From the NCBI GenBank assembly GCA_963701745.1, contig CAVPBE010000003.1, forward strand, positions 149,361 to 213,360: a stretch of DNA of 64,000 nt. Reading direction: 5' to 3'. The DNA comes from an uncultured Bacteroidales bacterium. Its GTDB lineage: Bacteria; Bacteroidota; Bacteroidia; Bacteroidales; VadinHA17. Below the pieces are notes generated by a model, which saw nothing but the letters and a program-made list of their open reading frames with translations, did no database searches and had not been told where the DNA came from. The stretch's first letter is position 1, and each line of letters begins with the position of its first letter. A program made the position numbers and the translations under genes. Below, piece after piece: positions 7,499 through 16,173 of the stretch.

Positions 7499-9421
7499 TT
7501 ATTTAATTACAAATTCCTTGTTCTTCAGAACACCTCCCCTTGTCGAAAACATACTTGCCTTACCCTTGAGTTCCTGTCGGTTGTAAAGCCTTATTGTAAA
7601 TAGCGCCTCTGTTACCGTCCCTCCTTGCGTAAAGGGAATATTCTTAGTTGCAATGAAAGCGGGAGATGATCCTTCCATATCATCAAACATACCCCTGCCT
7701 GACCTTTCAGGTGTTTTTTTCTTTTCTTCAATTACCTTATACGCTGGCTTGCTTTTTACCCATCCTGTTGTATCAAATTCCAGCTCGATCCTGTCCTCTC
7801 TGACTATTTTTACCAGGTGCGCCTGTTTAAGTGCTGTTGGCAGTTTTCCTCTGTTAATAATTCCGATCTTGAGCTGGAAGTCTGCAGAATCCGTCTTATA
7901 GGTTTTTATCCTTTTTGTCTCAACCTTCGTCCAGTCAACCTCAGGAAGGTGCTTTATCATTTCGATATTGAACAAGGCCTCATTTTTTACCCATGGTTCA
8001 AGATGCTTTGCCGGAGGATTCTGGGAGAAAAATTTCAGATTGAATCCACCCATTTCGATGTCGCCGTAAACAGGATGCCTGGCTGGCTTCCATTCAATAA
8101 ATCCGGCTCCGTCATTCTCTTCATCATCCCATTTCAGAATGTCTATCTGGTTTGTGTCTCCGTCATTATTGTAATCTTTGAATCTTGCCCCATTCCATAT
8201 TTCGTCACCATACCAGATTGCTCCATAATACCAATAACCGAAATCAGGTCCATGACCGAAGAGAGGATTGCCGTTCCCATAATCGTTAAATACATCGCCG
8301 GCTTTTTTGTACCCCGTAATCTTTCTTCCGATATCATCAAAGATCTTATACCATGCAAGGTCTTCCGGATACATTCTTTCCTCCGAAGGAGAAGTGGATG
8401 GTGGTCTAAGATGCATAGGCACACTGGTATCCATCGAATTGACGACAGAAACATTGGGGTGACTCAGCAGGAAATCAACCACAGCCCTTGTTTCGGTCTC
8501 GCTTAACGGGAATTCCCCTGAACCACCCTGTGTATATCCCCGGCCGGTCTGTTCTGTTTCAGGCCGCCAGTTCTCAGGGTAATTTCTGTGAAGGTCAAGT
8601 CCTCCGATCCCGTCTTCATTTATACGGCCATCGCCGTCATTATCGATCCCTTCTGAAGACGAAAGATATATGCCCTTTCCTGCAGGAACCCGTTTCATTA
8701 TCCTCCCGGTAGAATCTTTAGGATCAGGGATCAGGTTACCTTTCTTTTCATCCTTCCATCTCATTGTAAGGATCATCCCGTCATTGTCGAGATCATCCGG
8801 GGAATCTTCATCAAGAAGCCCGTCGCCGTCATTATCTTCAGGCCTGACAGTACTTCTGTTGCTTTGAGAGGTGTTCAGGTAAAGGTTATGCCCATCGGGA
8901 TTATTTACAGGCTTTAAATATATTGTTTTTGTATCGAGAAGATGAGTTACTTCAGGATCAGTTCCGTAATGTAAAAGCAGATACTGAGCCATCCACATCA
9001 CACATTCCGAACTTGTGACCTCACCACTGTGCCTGCCTCCCTCGAAAAAAGCTGCAGGTTTGTCAGTCTCTTTTCCAGTTTTCTTGTTAGTTAATGTCAT
9101 TTGCAAAAGAGGTCTGCCCTCATAGCTTTTCCCGACCTCATAAAGCTCGACAAGATCAGGGAAATCTTTCTCCCACTTCACGAGCCATGAGTAAATAACG
9201 TCCAGTGAATGGTACCTGTCAAACCCAAGTGTGTCAGTTGATTCATACTGAACTCCGTCAAATTTCACCTTGGGGAAAAAACTTACTCCGTGTCTGAATC
9301 CGGTAAGTGTATATTGTTCTGTCTTTTTGCCATTTCCTGGTTGCGGACCAGGTCCGCCGCTTTGAGCAAAAAGCAAGGTAGAAATAAGCAGAAAACCGAT
9401 AATAATGCAGTAATTTTTCAT
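7499..9421 (-). CDS. Secreted M14-family zinc carboxypeptidase with Asp-rich inserts
   Basis: 640-aa ORF with the Sec signal MKNYCIIIGFLLISTLLFAQ and the M14 landmarks GGRHSGEV (HxxE), VNNPDGH and LDLHRNY. About 90 aa inserted between the last two carry DNDGDG-type loops. Confidence 0.8.
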   Translation of the reverse strand: MKNYCIIIGFLLISTLLFAQSGGPGPQPGNGKKTEQYTLTGFRHGVSFFPKVKFDGVQYESTDTLGFDRYHSLDVIYSWLVKWEKDFPDLVELYEVGKSYEGRPLLQMTLTNKKTGKETDKPAAFFEGGRHSGEVTSSECVMWMAQYLLLHYGTDPEVTHLLDTKTIYLKPVNNPDGHNLYLNTSQSNRSTVRPEDNDGDGLLDEDSPDDLDNDGMILTMRWKDEKKGNLIPDPKDSTGRIMKRVPAGKGIYLSSSEGIDNDGDGRINEDGIGGLDLHRNYPENWRPETEQTGRGYTQGGSGEFPLSETETRAVVDFLLSHPNVSVVNSMDTSVPMHLRPPSTSPSEERMYPEDLAWYKIFDDIGRKITGYKKAGDVFNDYGNGNPLFGHGPDFGYWYYGAIWYGDEIWNGARFKDYNNDGDTNQIDILKWDDEENDGAGFIEWKPARHPVYGDIEMGGFNLKFFSQNPPAKHLEPWVKNEALFNIEMIKHLPEVDWTKVETKRIKTYKTDSADFQLKIGIINRGKLPTALKQAHLVKIVREDRIELEFDTTGWVKSKPAYKVIEEKKKTPERSGRGMFDDMEGSSPAFIATKNIPFTQGGTVTEALFTIRLYNRQELKGKASMFSTRGGVLKNKEFVIK

Positions 9422-9433
9422 GAGTATTTAACT

Positions 9434-9458
9434 AGCCCCCCCTTTGGGGGCTGGGGGG
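9434..9458. repeat. C5/G5 hairpin element (possible terminator of crp/fnr)
   Basis: agccccc (9434-9440) pairs with gggggct (9446-9452) and is followed by gggggg (9453-9458). The same CCCCC-TTT(A/G)-GGGGGCTGGGGGG string recurs at 13506-13528. Confidence 0.6.
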
Positions 9459-10154
9459 TTAACCTCTTTTTGAAATTATCTCCAGTTTTTCGATATTCAC
9501 AATTTCCATTGTCTTTCCGAAAATCTTGATAATTCCGTCACGTTTGAAATCCGAAAGTGTCCTGATTACATTTGCTGTGCTCATTCCGATATAATCGGCG
9601 ATCTCTTTTCGTGAAACAGGAATATCGAATACCCTTGATTTGTAAATATCCTTTGTAAAATAGAGCAGAACAAAAGCCACCCGGCCTGCCAGATTTTTCT
9701 GCCTTATGTCCAGCGTCTGGCCGATGATCTTATCATTTATTGTCGATATTTTAGTCAGCAGGTTACTTGCAAACCCGCCATTTACAAGGAAAAGTCTTTT
9801 AATATAATCCAGCTCAACAGTGCAGACAACAGAGTCCTCAAGTGCCGAAACTGAATATTTGTATTTCTCATCAGAAAATATGCTCATGTTACTGACGAAT
9901 TCAAATGGACGGGTTATCGTAATAACCTGTTCATCGCCATTAGGAGCCCTTCTGAATAGCTTTACCAGACCTGACTTGAGATATTTGAAATCGGTAATTT
10001 TCTCTCCTTCGTGGTTAATTATTTCCCCCTTGCTGTATGAGCGCTCCTGTTTGTGATTGCATAATTCCTGAATGCTTATATCATCGAGTGTAGAAAACAC
10101 CACATCTCTGAAATCACATTGCTCGCAGACGCATATGCTGATTTTTTTATCCAC
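9459..10154 (-). CDS. Crp/Fnr family transcriptional regulator with an N-terminal Cys cluster
   Basis: 231-aa ORF with a cNMP-binding-like beta-roll and a C-terminal HTH (SRKEIADYIGMSTANVIRTLSDF). The N-terminus is ISICVCEQCDF. Confidence 0.8.
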   Translation of the reverse strand: MDKKISICVCEQCDFRDVVFSTLDDISIQELCNHKQERSYSKGEIINHEGEKITDFKYLKSGLVKLFRRAPNGDEQVITITRPFEFVSNMSIFSDEKYKYSVSALEDSVVCTVELDYIKRLFLVNGGFASNLLTKISTINDKIIGQTLDIRQKNLAGRVAFVLLYFTKDIYKSRVFDIPVSRKEIADYIGMSTANVIRTLSDFKRDGIIKIFGKTMEIVNIEKLEIISKRG

Positions 10155-10280
10155 TCCTGTGAGTTTTTCACAAAGTTATTATTTTCCCGATTACTTTAAT
10201 ATCGCATTATTTGTTTTATTTGGAAATTTGAACCTACTTTGGTGACAGGATTTCCTTATCCCGTAACTGATTAAAGCAAA

Positions 10281-11066
10281 ATGATTTACAGGACTGATTA
10301 TCATATACATTCATCTTTCAGCGATGGCAGGGCTGCCCCTGAAGATTATATTCCAGCTGCAGTCGCTGCAGGTTTACAAGAGATTGGTTTCTCTGAACAT
10401 CTTACACTTTTCAGGGGATCGCTCGACTGGAGCATGGATGCTTCTGATGTTAAACCTTATCTTAATCATATAAACAGTCTTGTCCGGAACGTCTCTGGCA
10501 TTAAAGTAAGAAAAGGACTTGAAGTTGATTTCCTTCCAGGAAAGGAAAAAGATATCTGGTCGCTCCTGAAAAAAACGAAACTTGATTATGCAATCGGATC
10601 AGTTCATTATCTCGGAGATTTCCCGGTTGATACGGGTCCCGAATTCTATTATGGAAGAAATTTTGATAATCTGTTTGAAACCTATTTTGAACAGGTGATT
10701 GCAGCCGCCGCATCAGGGCTCTTTGATATTATAGCACACTGCGACCTTATCAGAATTTATGGCTTTAAACCATCAGCTGATCCGGAAATCCTTTACAGGA
10801 AACTGGCAAAAAGTTTTAAAATTCATGATGTTGCATTTGAGATCAACACAAATGGAAGGAACCGGCCTATCGGTGATTTCTATCCCGACAGAAAATATCT
10901 TAAGATCTTCAGGGAAGAAAACGTCCCGGTGTGTGTCAATTCTGATGCTCACATGCCAGCAAGAGTGGCACAGCATTTTGATGAAGCATATGAGCTCCTG
11001 AAAGGCGCCGGCTATACAGAAATGGCTGTATTTGAAAACAGGGAAAGGTTTATGATACCGTTCTGA
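10281..11066 (+). CDS. PHP-family histidinol-phosphatase (HisJ/HisK type)
   Basis: 261-aa ORF with the PHP motifs DYHIHSSFSDG, FSEHL, GSVHY, IAHCD and NSDAH. Confidence 0.75.
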   Translation: MIYRTDYHIHSSFSDGRAAPEDYIPAAVAAGLQEIGFSEHLTLFRGSLDWSMDASDVKPYLNHINSLVRNVSGIKVRKGLEVDFLPGKEKDIWSLLKKTKLDYAIGSVHYLGDFPVDTGPEFYYGRNFDNLFETYFEQVIAAAASGLFDIIAHCDLIRIYGFKPSADPEILYRKLAKSFKIHDVAFEINTNGRNRPIGDFYPDRKYLKIFREENVPVCVNSDAHMPARVAQHFDEAYELLKGAGYTEMAVFENRERFMIPF

Positions 11067-11108
11067 ATTTTTATTACGTGTATGTTTAATACTTAACCTA
11101 ACAACTCT

Positions 11109-13481
11109 ATGAAAATAAAAATCATTATATTCTTGTTCTGCTACTCCTTGATCCTGGCTGTCCAAAGCTGCAATCCGCACCATGAGAACAAAATAAGAAC
11201 AAATGGTCAGGAGGTTGTAACTTTCGCTGCATTGCCTTTTTCCTTAACTGATGTTAAGCTCCTTGAAGGACCTTTCAAACATGCAATGGACCTGGATGTA
11301 AAAACTCTGATTAATTATGAACCCGACAGACTTCTGGCCAAATTTTACACCGAAGCGGGATTGAAACCAAAAGCGGAGCATTATAAGGGTTGGGAAAACG
11401 AAATGCTGGCAGGTCACAGCCTTGGACATTACCTGAGCGCCTGCTCAATGATGTATCAGTCAACCGGTGATTCTCTCTTCCTGAAACGGGTCAATTATAT
11501 TGTTGACGAGCTCACCAGATTGCAGGAAGCAGACGGGGAAGGGTATATCGGAGCATTCACAAACGGGAAAAAGATTTTTGAAGAGGAGGTTGCAAAGGGC
11601 AATATTCGTTCCCAGGGATTTGATCTGAACGGAATCTGGTCTCCGTTCTATACACACCATAAAGTGCTTGCAGGATTAAGGGATGCATACAGGTTATGCG
11701 GAAACAGGAAAGCGCTTGAGGTTGAGAAACGGTTTACCGGCTGGATCGAAAAGGTAGTTTCACAATTAAATGATGAACAGGTACAGAAAATGCTCCGATG
11801 TGAATATGGGGGAATAAGTGAAACATTCGCGGACCTTTATGCTGACACGAAAGATGAAAAATATATGAAGCTTTCAGGGGTGTTTTACCAGAAATCATTT
11901 CTCGATTCTATGAAGGCCAGAAAGGATATCCTTCCAGGAAAACATGCGAACACAAACATTCCCAAGCTTATTGCCTTATCGAGAGTATATGAGCTTACCG
12001 GTGATACTGACGCCAGAAAAGCAGCAGAGTTCTTCTGGGAAAGGGTTGTCAATCATCATTCATACGTTACAGGCGGCAACGGGAATAATGAATATTTCGG
12101 TCCCGCCGATAAACTCAGGGACCGGCTCGATGAGGGCACAACTGAATCGTGCAATGTGTACAATATGCTGAAACTCTCGGAGCATCTTTTTGAATGGGAA
12201 GCGAGGGTAAATGTCGCGGATTTCTATGAAAGAGCTTTGTTTAACCATATCCTGGCTTCACAGAACCCGAATGACGGCCATGTTGTTTACAACCTGTCGC
12301 TCGACATGGGCGGATTCAAGGCTTTCCAGGATCCCGAAGATTTTACTTGCTGTATCGGAACCGGCATGGAAAACCATTCAAAATACGGAATGAACATCTT
12401 TTACCATGGGGAAAATGAATTATATGTTTTTCAATACATCGCATCAGAGCTTTCCTGGAAAGAGAAAGGGATGAAGATCGTCCAGAGGACCAGATACCCT
12501 GAAGAGCAGGGATCAATCCTGGAATTTACATCTGAAGATCCTGTGAGACTTGCAGTAAAGCTCAGGTATCCTTCCTGGGCCAGGAACGGCATGGAGGTAC
12601 TGATAAACGGAAAAATAAAACAAACAAAGCAGGAACCTGGCAGCTTTGTAACTGTTGAAAGAACCTGGAAGAGTGGTGATGTTCTCGAGGTGAAACTTCC
12701 ATTTTCGCTCAGGCTCGAATCAATGCCCGACGACAGCAGCAGGGTTGCTGTAATGTATGGCCCGCTTGTTATGGCAGGAGATCTTGGACCACTTGATGAT
12801 TCAGTATCAAAAGATCCGATGTATGTTCCTGTGCTTATGACAGAAAAAAGGGATCCTTCCGAATGGCTGAAACCAGTCGATGGCAAGGTGAATACTTTCA
12901 TAACTATCAATACAGGAAGGCCGAGGGATGTTGAACTTAAGCCGTTCTATACTTATTACGACCGGAGATATACTGTTTACTGGGATCTTTTTGACGAGGC
13001 GGGATGGAAAGCCCGTGAAGAAGAATACATAGCCGCTGTCGAAAAACACAGAAAAATCAAAGAAGCAACAATTGATTATGTTCAGCCCGGAGAAATGCAG
13101 CCGGAACGGGAACATAATCTAAGGGGAGAAAAGACTACGCCCGGAATTTTCAGGGAGAGAGCCAACAGGGAATCCAGGAGCGGATGGTTTTCTTTCGATA
13201 TGAAATTAAAGCCTGATCTGGCCTCAGCCCTGGTTGTTGAATACTGGGGCGGTTTCCCCGGAGCGAAAACCTTTGATATCCTGGTAAATGAAAAACTGAT
13301 AGCAACTGAAAATATCTCTGGTAAAAAGGATGGCCAGTTTATAAATATTCAGTATGATATCCCTGAAGTGATCTCACGTGGTAAGTCATATGTGACAGTG
13401 AAATTTCAGGCACATCAGGGCAATATGGCCGGGCCGGTATTTGGAGTGAGAACAATAAGTATTGAGCCCCCAACCCCCTGA
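11109..13481 (+). CDS. GH127 (DUF1680) beta-L-arabinofuranosidase-like glycoside hydrolase, secreted
   Basis: 790-aa ORF with a lipoprotein-like signal (LAVQSC). The ESC (TTESCNVYN) and CC (FTCCIGTGMENH) motifs match the Cys/Zn catalytic centre of GH127. Confidence 0.75.
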   Translation: MKIKIIIFLFCYSLILAVQSCNPHHENKIRTNGQEVVTFAALPFSLTDVKLLEGPFKHAMDLDVKTLINYEPDRLLAKFYTEAGLKPKAEHYKGWENEMLAGHSLGHYLSACSMMYQSTGDSLFLKRVNYIVDELTRLQEADGEGYIGAFTNGKKIFEEEVAKGNIRSQGFDLNGIWSPFYTHHKVLAGLRDAYRLCGNRKALEVEKRFTGWIEKVVSQLNDEQVQKMLRCEYGGISETFADLYADTKDEKYMKLSGVFYQKSFLDSMKARKDILPGKHANTNIPKLIALSRVYELTGDTDARKAAEFFWERVVNHHSYVTGGNGNNEYFGPADKLRDRLDEGTTESCNVYNMLKLSEHLFEWEARVNVADFYERALFNHILASQNPNDGHVVYNLSLDMGGFKAFQDPEDFTCCIGTGMENHSKYGMNIFYHGENELYVFQYIASELSWKEKGMKIVQRTRYPEEQGSILEFTSEDPVRLAVKLRYPSWARNGMEVLINGKIKQTKQEPGSFVTVERTWKSGDVLEVKLPFSLRLESMPDDSSRVAVMYGPLVMAGDLGPLDDSVSKDPMYVPVLMTEKRDPSEWLKPVDGKVNTFITINTGRPRDVELKPFYTYYDRRYTVYWDLFDEAGWKAREEEYIAAVEKHRKIKEATIDYVQPGEMQPEREHNLRGEKTTPGIFRERANRESRSGWFSFDMKLKPDLASALVVEYWGGFPGAKTFDILVNEKLIATENISGKKDGQFINIQYDIPEVISRGKSYVTVKFQAHQGNMAGPVFGVRTISIEPPTP

Positions 13482-13528
13482 AGGGGGCTAAAACAGGGAA
13501 TAGAACCCCCCTTTAGGGGGCTGGGGGG
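13465..13528. repeat. Pair of C5/G5 hairpins between convergent genes (probable bidirectional terminator)
   Basis: Hairpin 1 pairs agccccc (13465-13471) with gggggct (13483-13489) and overlaps the last codons and stop of the GH127 gene. Hairpin 2 is cccccc-ttta-ggggg (13506-13520) followed by ct-gggggg. Confidence 0.65.
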
Positions 13529-13531
13529 CGA

Positions 13532-14095
13532 TTACATGCCCAAAATATGCTCAAGGAATATTTTAATCCCTATTGCAATCAGGATTAGACCACCAATTAT
13601 CTCTACCTTATTCCCCAGCCTTTCCCCTGCGGATTTGCCAATCCTGATCGCGATCATGGAGGCCAGAAAGGTGACGATTCCGATAATCACAGCCGAATAC
13701 CAAATCTTTATGCTCAGCAAAGCAAAGCTTATTCCCACTGCAAATGCGTCAATGCTTGTACCGATTGCCATTGAGATAAGGGTCATTGGATTTGTGTAAT
13801 CTCTTATTTCATTATCGTCTTTTTTCCTGATTCCTTCAATTATCATTCTGATCCCAAGCACTGAAAGAAGAATTAAAGCTACCCAGTGATCAGCTGTTTT
13901 CATTATATCGCTGATGAATGAGCCTAAAAAATATCCGGTTACAAGAAGTCCTGACTGGAAAAAAGCCATTACAATGGCAAGCCTGACAGCATGTTTGAAA
14001 ATGATCTTGTTTTGAATAACACCATAAGAAAGGGAAACTGCAAAGGTGTCAAACGACAATCCAAGAGCAACAGCAACAATAGTGATAAAATCCAT
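13532..14095 (-). CDS. mntP: Manganese efflux pump MntP
   Basis: 187-aa ORF encoding a six-TM protein with the internally duplicated DTFAVS / DAFAVG motifs typical of MntP (DUF204). Confidence 0.85.
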   Translation of the reverse strand: MDFITIVAVALGLSFDTFAVSLSYGVIQNKIIFKHAVRLAIVMAFFQSGLLVTGYFLGSFISDIMKTADHWVALILLSVLGIRMIIEGIRKKDDNEIRDYTNPMTLISMAIGTSIDAFAVGISFALLSIKIWYSAVIIGIVTFLASMIAIRIGKSAGERLGNKVEIIGGLILIAIGIKIFLEHILGM

Positions 14096-14114
14096 GAAAT
14101 TTGAGTAAACTGGG

Positions 14115-14122
14115 CAAATATA
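14115..14122 (-). promoter_or_regulatory. Candidate Bacteroidota -7 box (TATATTTG) for mntP
   Basis: The reverse complement of 14115-14122 is TATATTTG, matching the TAnnTTTG consensus. It lies 20 nt upstream of the start codon. Confidence 0.3.
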
Positions 14123-14161
14123 ATATAAAACATCCTTTTGCAGATTTGTTAACTGAATGTA

Positions 14162-14169
14162 TATATTTG
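14162..14169 (+). promoter_or_regulatory. Candidate Bacteroidota -7 box (TATATTTG) for dtd
   Basis: TATATTTG lies 22 nt upstream of the ATG at 14191. Confidence 0.3.
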
Positions 14170-14190
14170 ATCACATAAAATATTGCAGGC

Positions 14191-14643
14191 ATGAGAACTG
14201 TGATCCAGAGAGTGAACAGGGCATCTGTTTCAATAAATAATCAGAAGAAATCGGAGATCGGGTCCGGAATACTTGTACTTCTGGGAATTGAAGAATCTGA
14301 TGACCAGAATGATATTGAATGGCTCTCCAGCAAGATTGTACAGCTCAGGATCTTTAACGACAGCAATGATGTTATGAATTTATCGGTTCTTGATACTAAT
14401 GGCAGTATAATGGTTATAAGCCAGTTCACTCTCCATGCCAAAACAAAAAAGGGAAACAGGCCCTCATATATAAGGGCAGCACATCCCGACATTGCCATTC
14501 CGGTTTATAACAAATTCGTCAGCAAGCTTTCAGCCCTCCTGGGTAAAGATGTTGCAACAGGTGAATTTGGAGCCATGATGCAGGTGGAACTTGTTAATGA
14601 TGGTCCTGTAACAATAATTATTGATTCAAAGGAAAAGGAATAA
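14191..14643 (+). CDS. dtd: D-aminoacyl-tRNA deacylase
   Basis: 150-aa ORF with the motifs SQFTL and NDGPVT. Confidence 0.9.
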   Translation: MRTVIQRVNRASVSINNQKKSEIGSGILVLLGIEESDDQNDIEWLSSKIVQLRIFNDSNDVMNLSVLDTNGSIMVISQFTLHAKTKKGNRPSYIRAAHPDIAIPVYNKFVSKLSALLGKDVATGEFGAMMQVELVNDGPVTIIIDSKEKE

Positions 14644-14674
14644 AGATCCCTTTGTAAAATATTTAAATTGTGCC

Positions 14675-16084
14675 ATGAACGAAATCCCTGAAATTGCTTC
14701 CGAAAAGAGTCTCAAACGATCGGTTATGATTGTCGCTGCCTTTGCTGCATTTTTAACTCCGTTTCTTGGCTCTGCAGTTAACCTGGCATTGCCTGCTATC
14801 GGCAAAGATCTTAATGCCAGTGCTATCGGGCTCGGATGGGTAATAAGCAGCTTCATTCTTTCATCGGCAATGTTCCTTATGCCGTTCGGGCGGATGGCTG
14901 ATATAATTGGCAGAAAAAAAGTCTTTTCGGCCGGCATCCTGCTATTCACTATTTCAACTTTTCTTATTGTCTTTTCCTGGAGCCTGCTTTCACTTATAGT
15001 TCTCAGGATCCTTCAGGGAATCTCCGGAGCAATGATTTTCGGCACCAGCCTTGCTATCATTACTTCTGTCTTTCCTGTCGGAGAACGCGGAAAAGCTATG
15101 GGAATAAACATTACTGCCGTTTATCTCGGATTGTCAGCTGGTCCCGTAATCGGAGGCTTGCTGACCCAGTATTTTGGATGGCGGAGCATCTTCGCATTCC
15201 TTGTTCCTTTTGGCATAGCTTCGCTTATACTGATAAAAACCAGGATTAAAGCTGAATGGGCTGAATCAAAAGGAGAAAAATTTGATTGGCCGGGGTCAGC
15301 TATTTACGGCGTTGCACTTTTTGCTTCTATGTACGGATTCTCAAGGCTCCCATCAGTCACAGGCTGGATATGCCTGATAACAGGAACTTTGCTGTCAGTT
15401 GTTTTTATACTTTTTGAGAAGAGAGTTTCAAATCCCGTCTTTGATATTCGCCTGTTGATCAGAAACAGGATATTTGCTTTTTCGGGACTGGCCGCACTTA
15501 TCCATTATTCAGCAACAAGCGCAACAGGTTTCTTCATAAGTCTCTATCTTCAATACCTTAAAGGATTTGACGCCAGAACTGCCGGTTTAATAATGATCTC
15601 ACAGCCTGTTGCCATGACGCTTTTGTCGCCAATTGCCGGAAGGCTGTCTGATAAATATAATCCCGGGATCATAGCATCAGCCGGTATGGGTCTGACTGCA
15701 GCCGGGCTTATATGTTTGTGCTTTATAACATCTGAAACACCAGTGTATGTAATTGCGGCACTTCTCCTCATAATGGGAATCGGGTTCGGCCTTTTCTCCT
15801 CGCCCAACTCCAATGCCATTATGAGCTCGGTTGAAAAACGTCATCTGGGAGTGGCTTCCGGAGTGGTGGGTACAATGAGAATGGTTGGACAAATGCTTAG
15901 TATGGGTATTGCCATGATGCTTATTGCTCTTTTTATCGGTAAACAGACAATCAATCCCTTAACTTATCCAGGACTGATATCAGGAATGAGACTGGGGTTT
16001 GTGATCTTCTCCATTCTGTCAATTCTGGGTATTTTTGCTTCTCTGGCCAGAAACAGCAATCCAGCTGATAACATAAAATCATAA
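14675..16084 (+). CDS. MFS transporter, DHA2/EmrB-like (14 TM)
   Basis: The track ORF begins at 14621 and overlaps dtd, so I prefer the internal ATG at 14675 (MNEIPEI). It has about 14 hydrophobic segments and the MFS loop motif GRMADIIGRKK. Confidence 0.8.
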   Translation: MNEIPEIASEKSLKRSVMIVAAFAAFLTPFLGSAVNLALPAIGKDLNASAIGLGWVISSFILSSAMFLMPFGRMADIIGRKKVFSAGILLFTISTFLIVFSWSLLSLIVLRILQGISGAMIFGTSLAIITSVFPVGERGKAMGINITAVYLGLSAGPVIGGLLTQYFGWRSIFAFLVPFGIASLILIKTRIKAEWAESKGEKFDWPGSAIYGVALFASMYGFSRLPSVTGWICLITGTLLSVVFILFEKRVSNPVFDIRLLIRNRIFAFSGLAALIHYSATSATGFFISLYLQYLKGFDARTAGLIMISQPVAMTLLSPIAGRLSDKYNPGIIASAGMGLTAAGLICLCFITSETPVYVIAALLLIMGIGFGLFSSPNSNAIMSSVEKRHLGVASGVVGTMRMVGQMLSMGIAMMLIALFIGKQTINPLTYPGLISGMRLGFVIFSILSILGIFASLARNSNPADNIKS

Positions 16085-16173
16085 ATTAATTAATTATGAT
16101 AACAAAAAGCATTAAATTGAACCCGAACTTTTATTAATGCAATACCTGAAAGATTTAACAAACGGAAGGTCAT

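Noticed and set aside
7817-8506. Long antisense ORFs inside confirmed genes (this 229-aa ORF, plus 50627-51244, 12431-12910, 47390-47860, 10773-11183, 55996-56442 and 983-1279)
   Set aside because: Each lies wholly opposite a gene with strong family motifs, has no recognisable motifs of its own, and has a skewed composition. I treat them as shadow ORFs.
9290-9529. Track ORFs spanning the hairpin and MITE-like repeats (also 21906-22145, 62710-62904, 34103-34297, 27148-27378, 27220-27423 and 3251-3502)
   Set aside because: Their only distinctive peptide stretches (PPFGGWG, SLRSLRKSFAIFAV, VPSLWHSV and similar) are translations of the repeats, and they cross gene boundaries.
14096-14190. An expected Mn2+ (yybP-ykoY) riboswitch upstream of mntP
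   Set aside because: The leader is only about 95 nt and is shared with the divergent dtd promoter. On the minus strand I could not find the conserved GGGGAGUAG-type core or paired helices, so no riboswitch is called.
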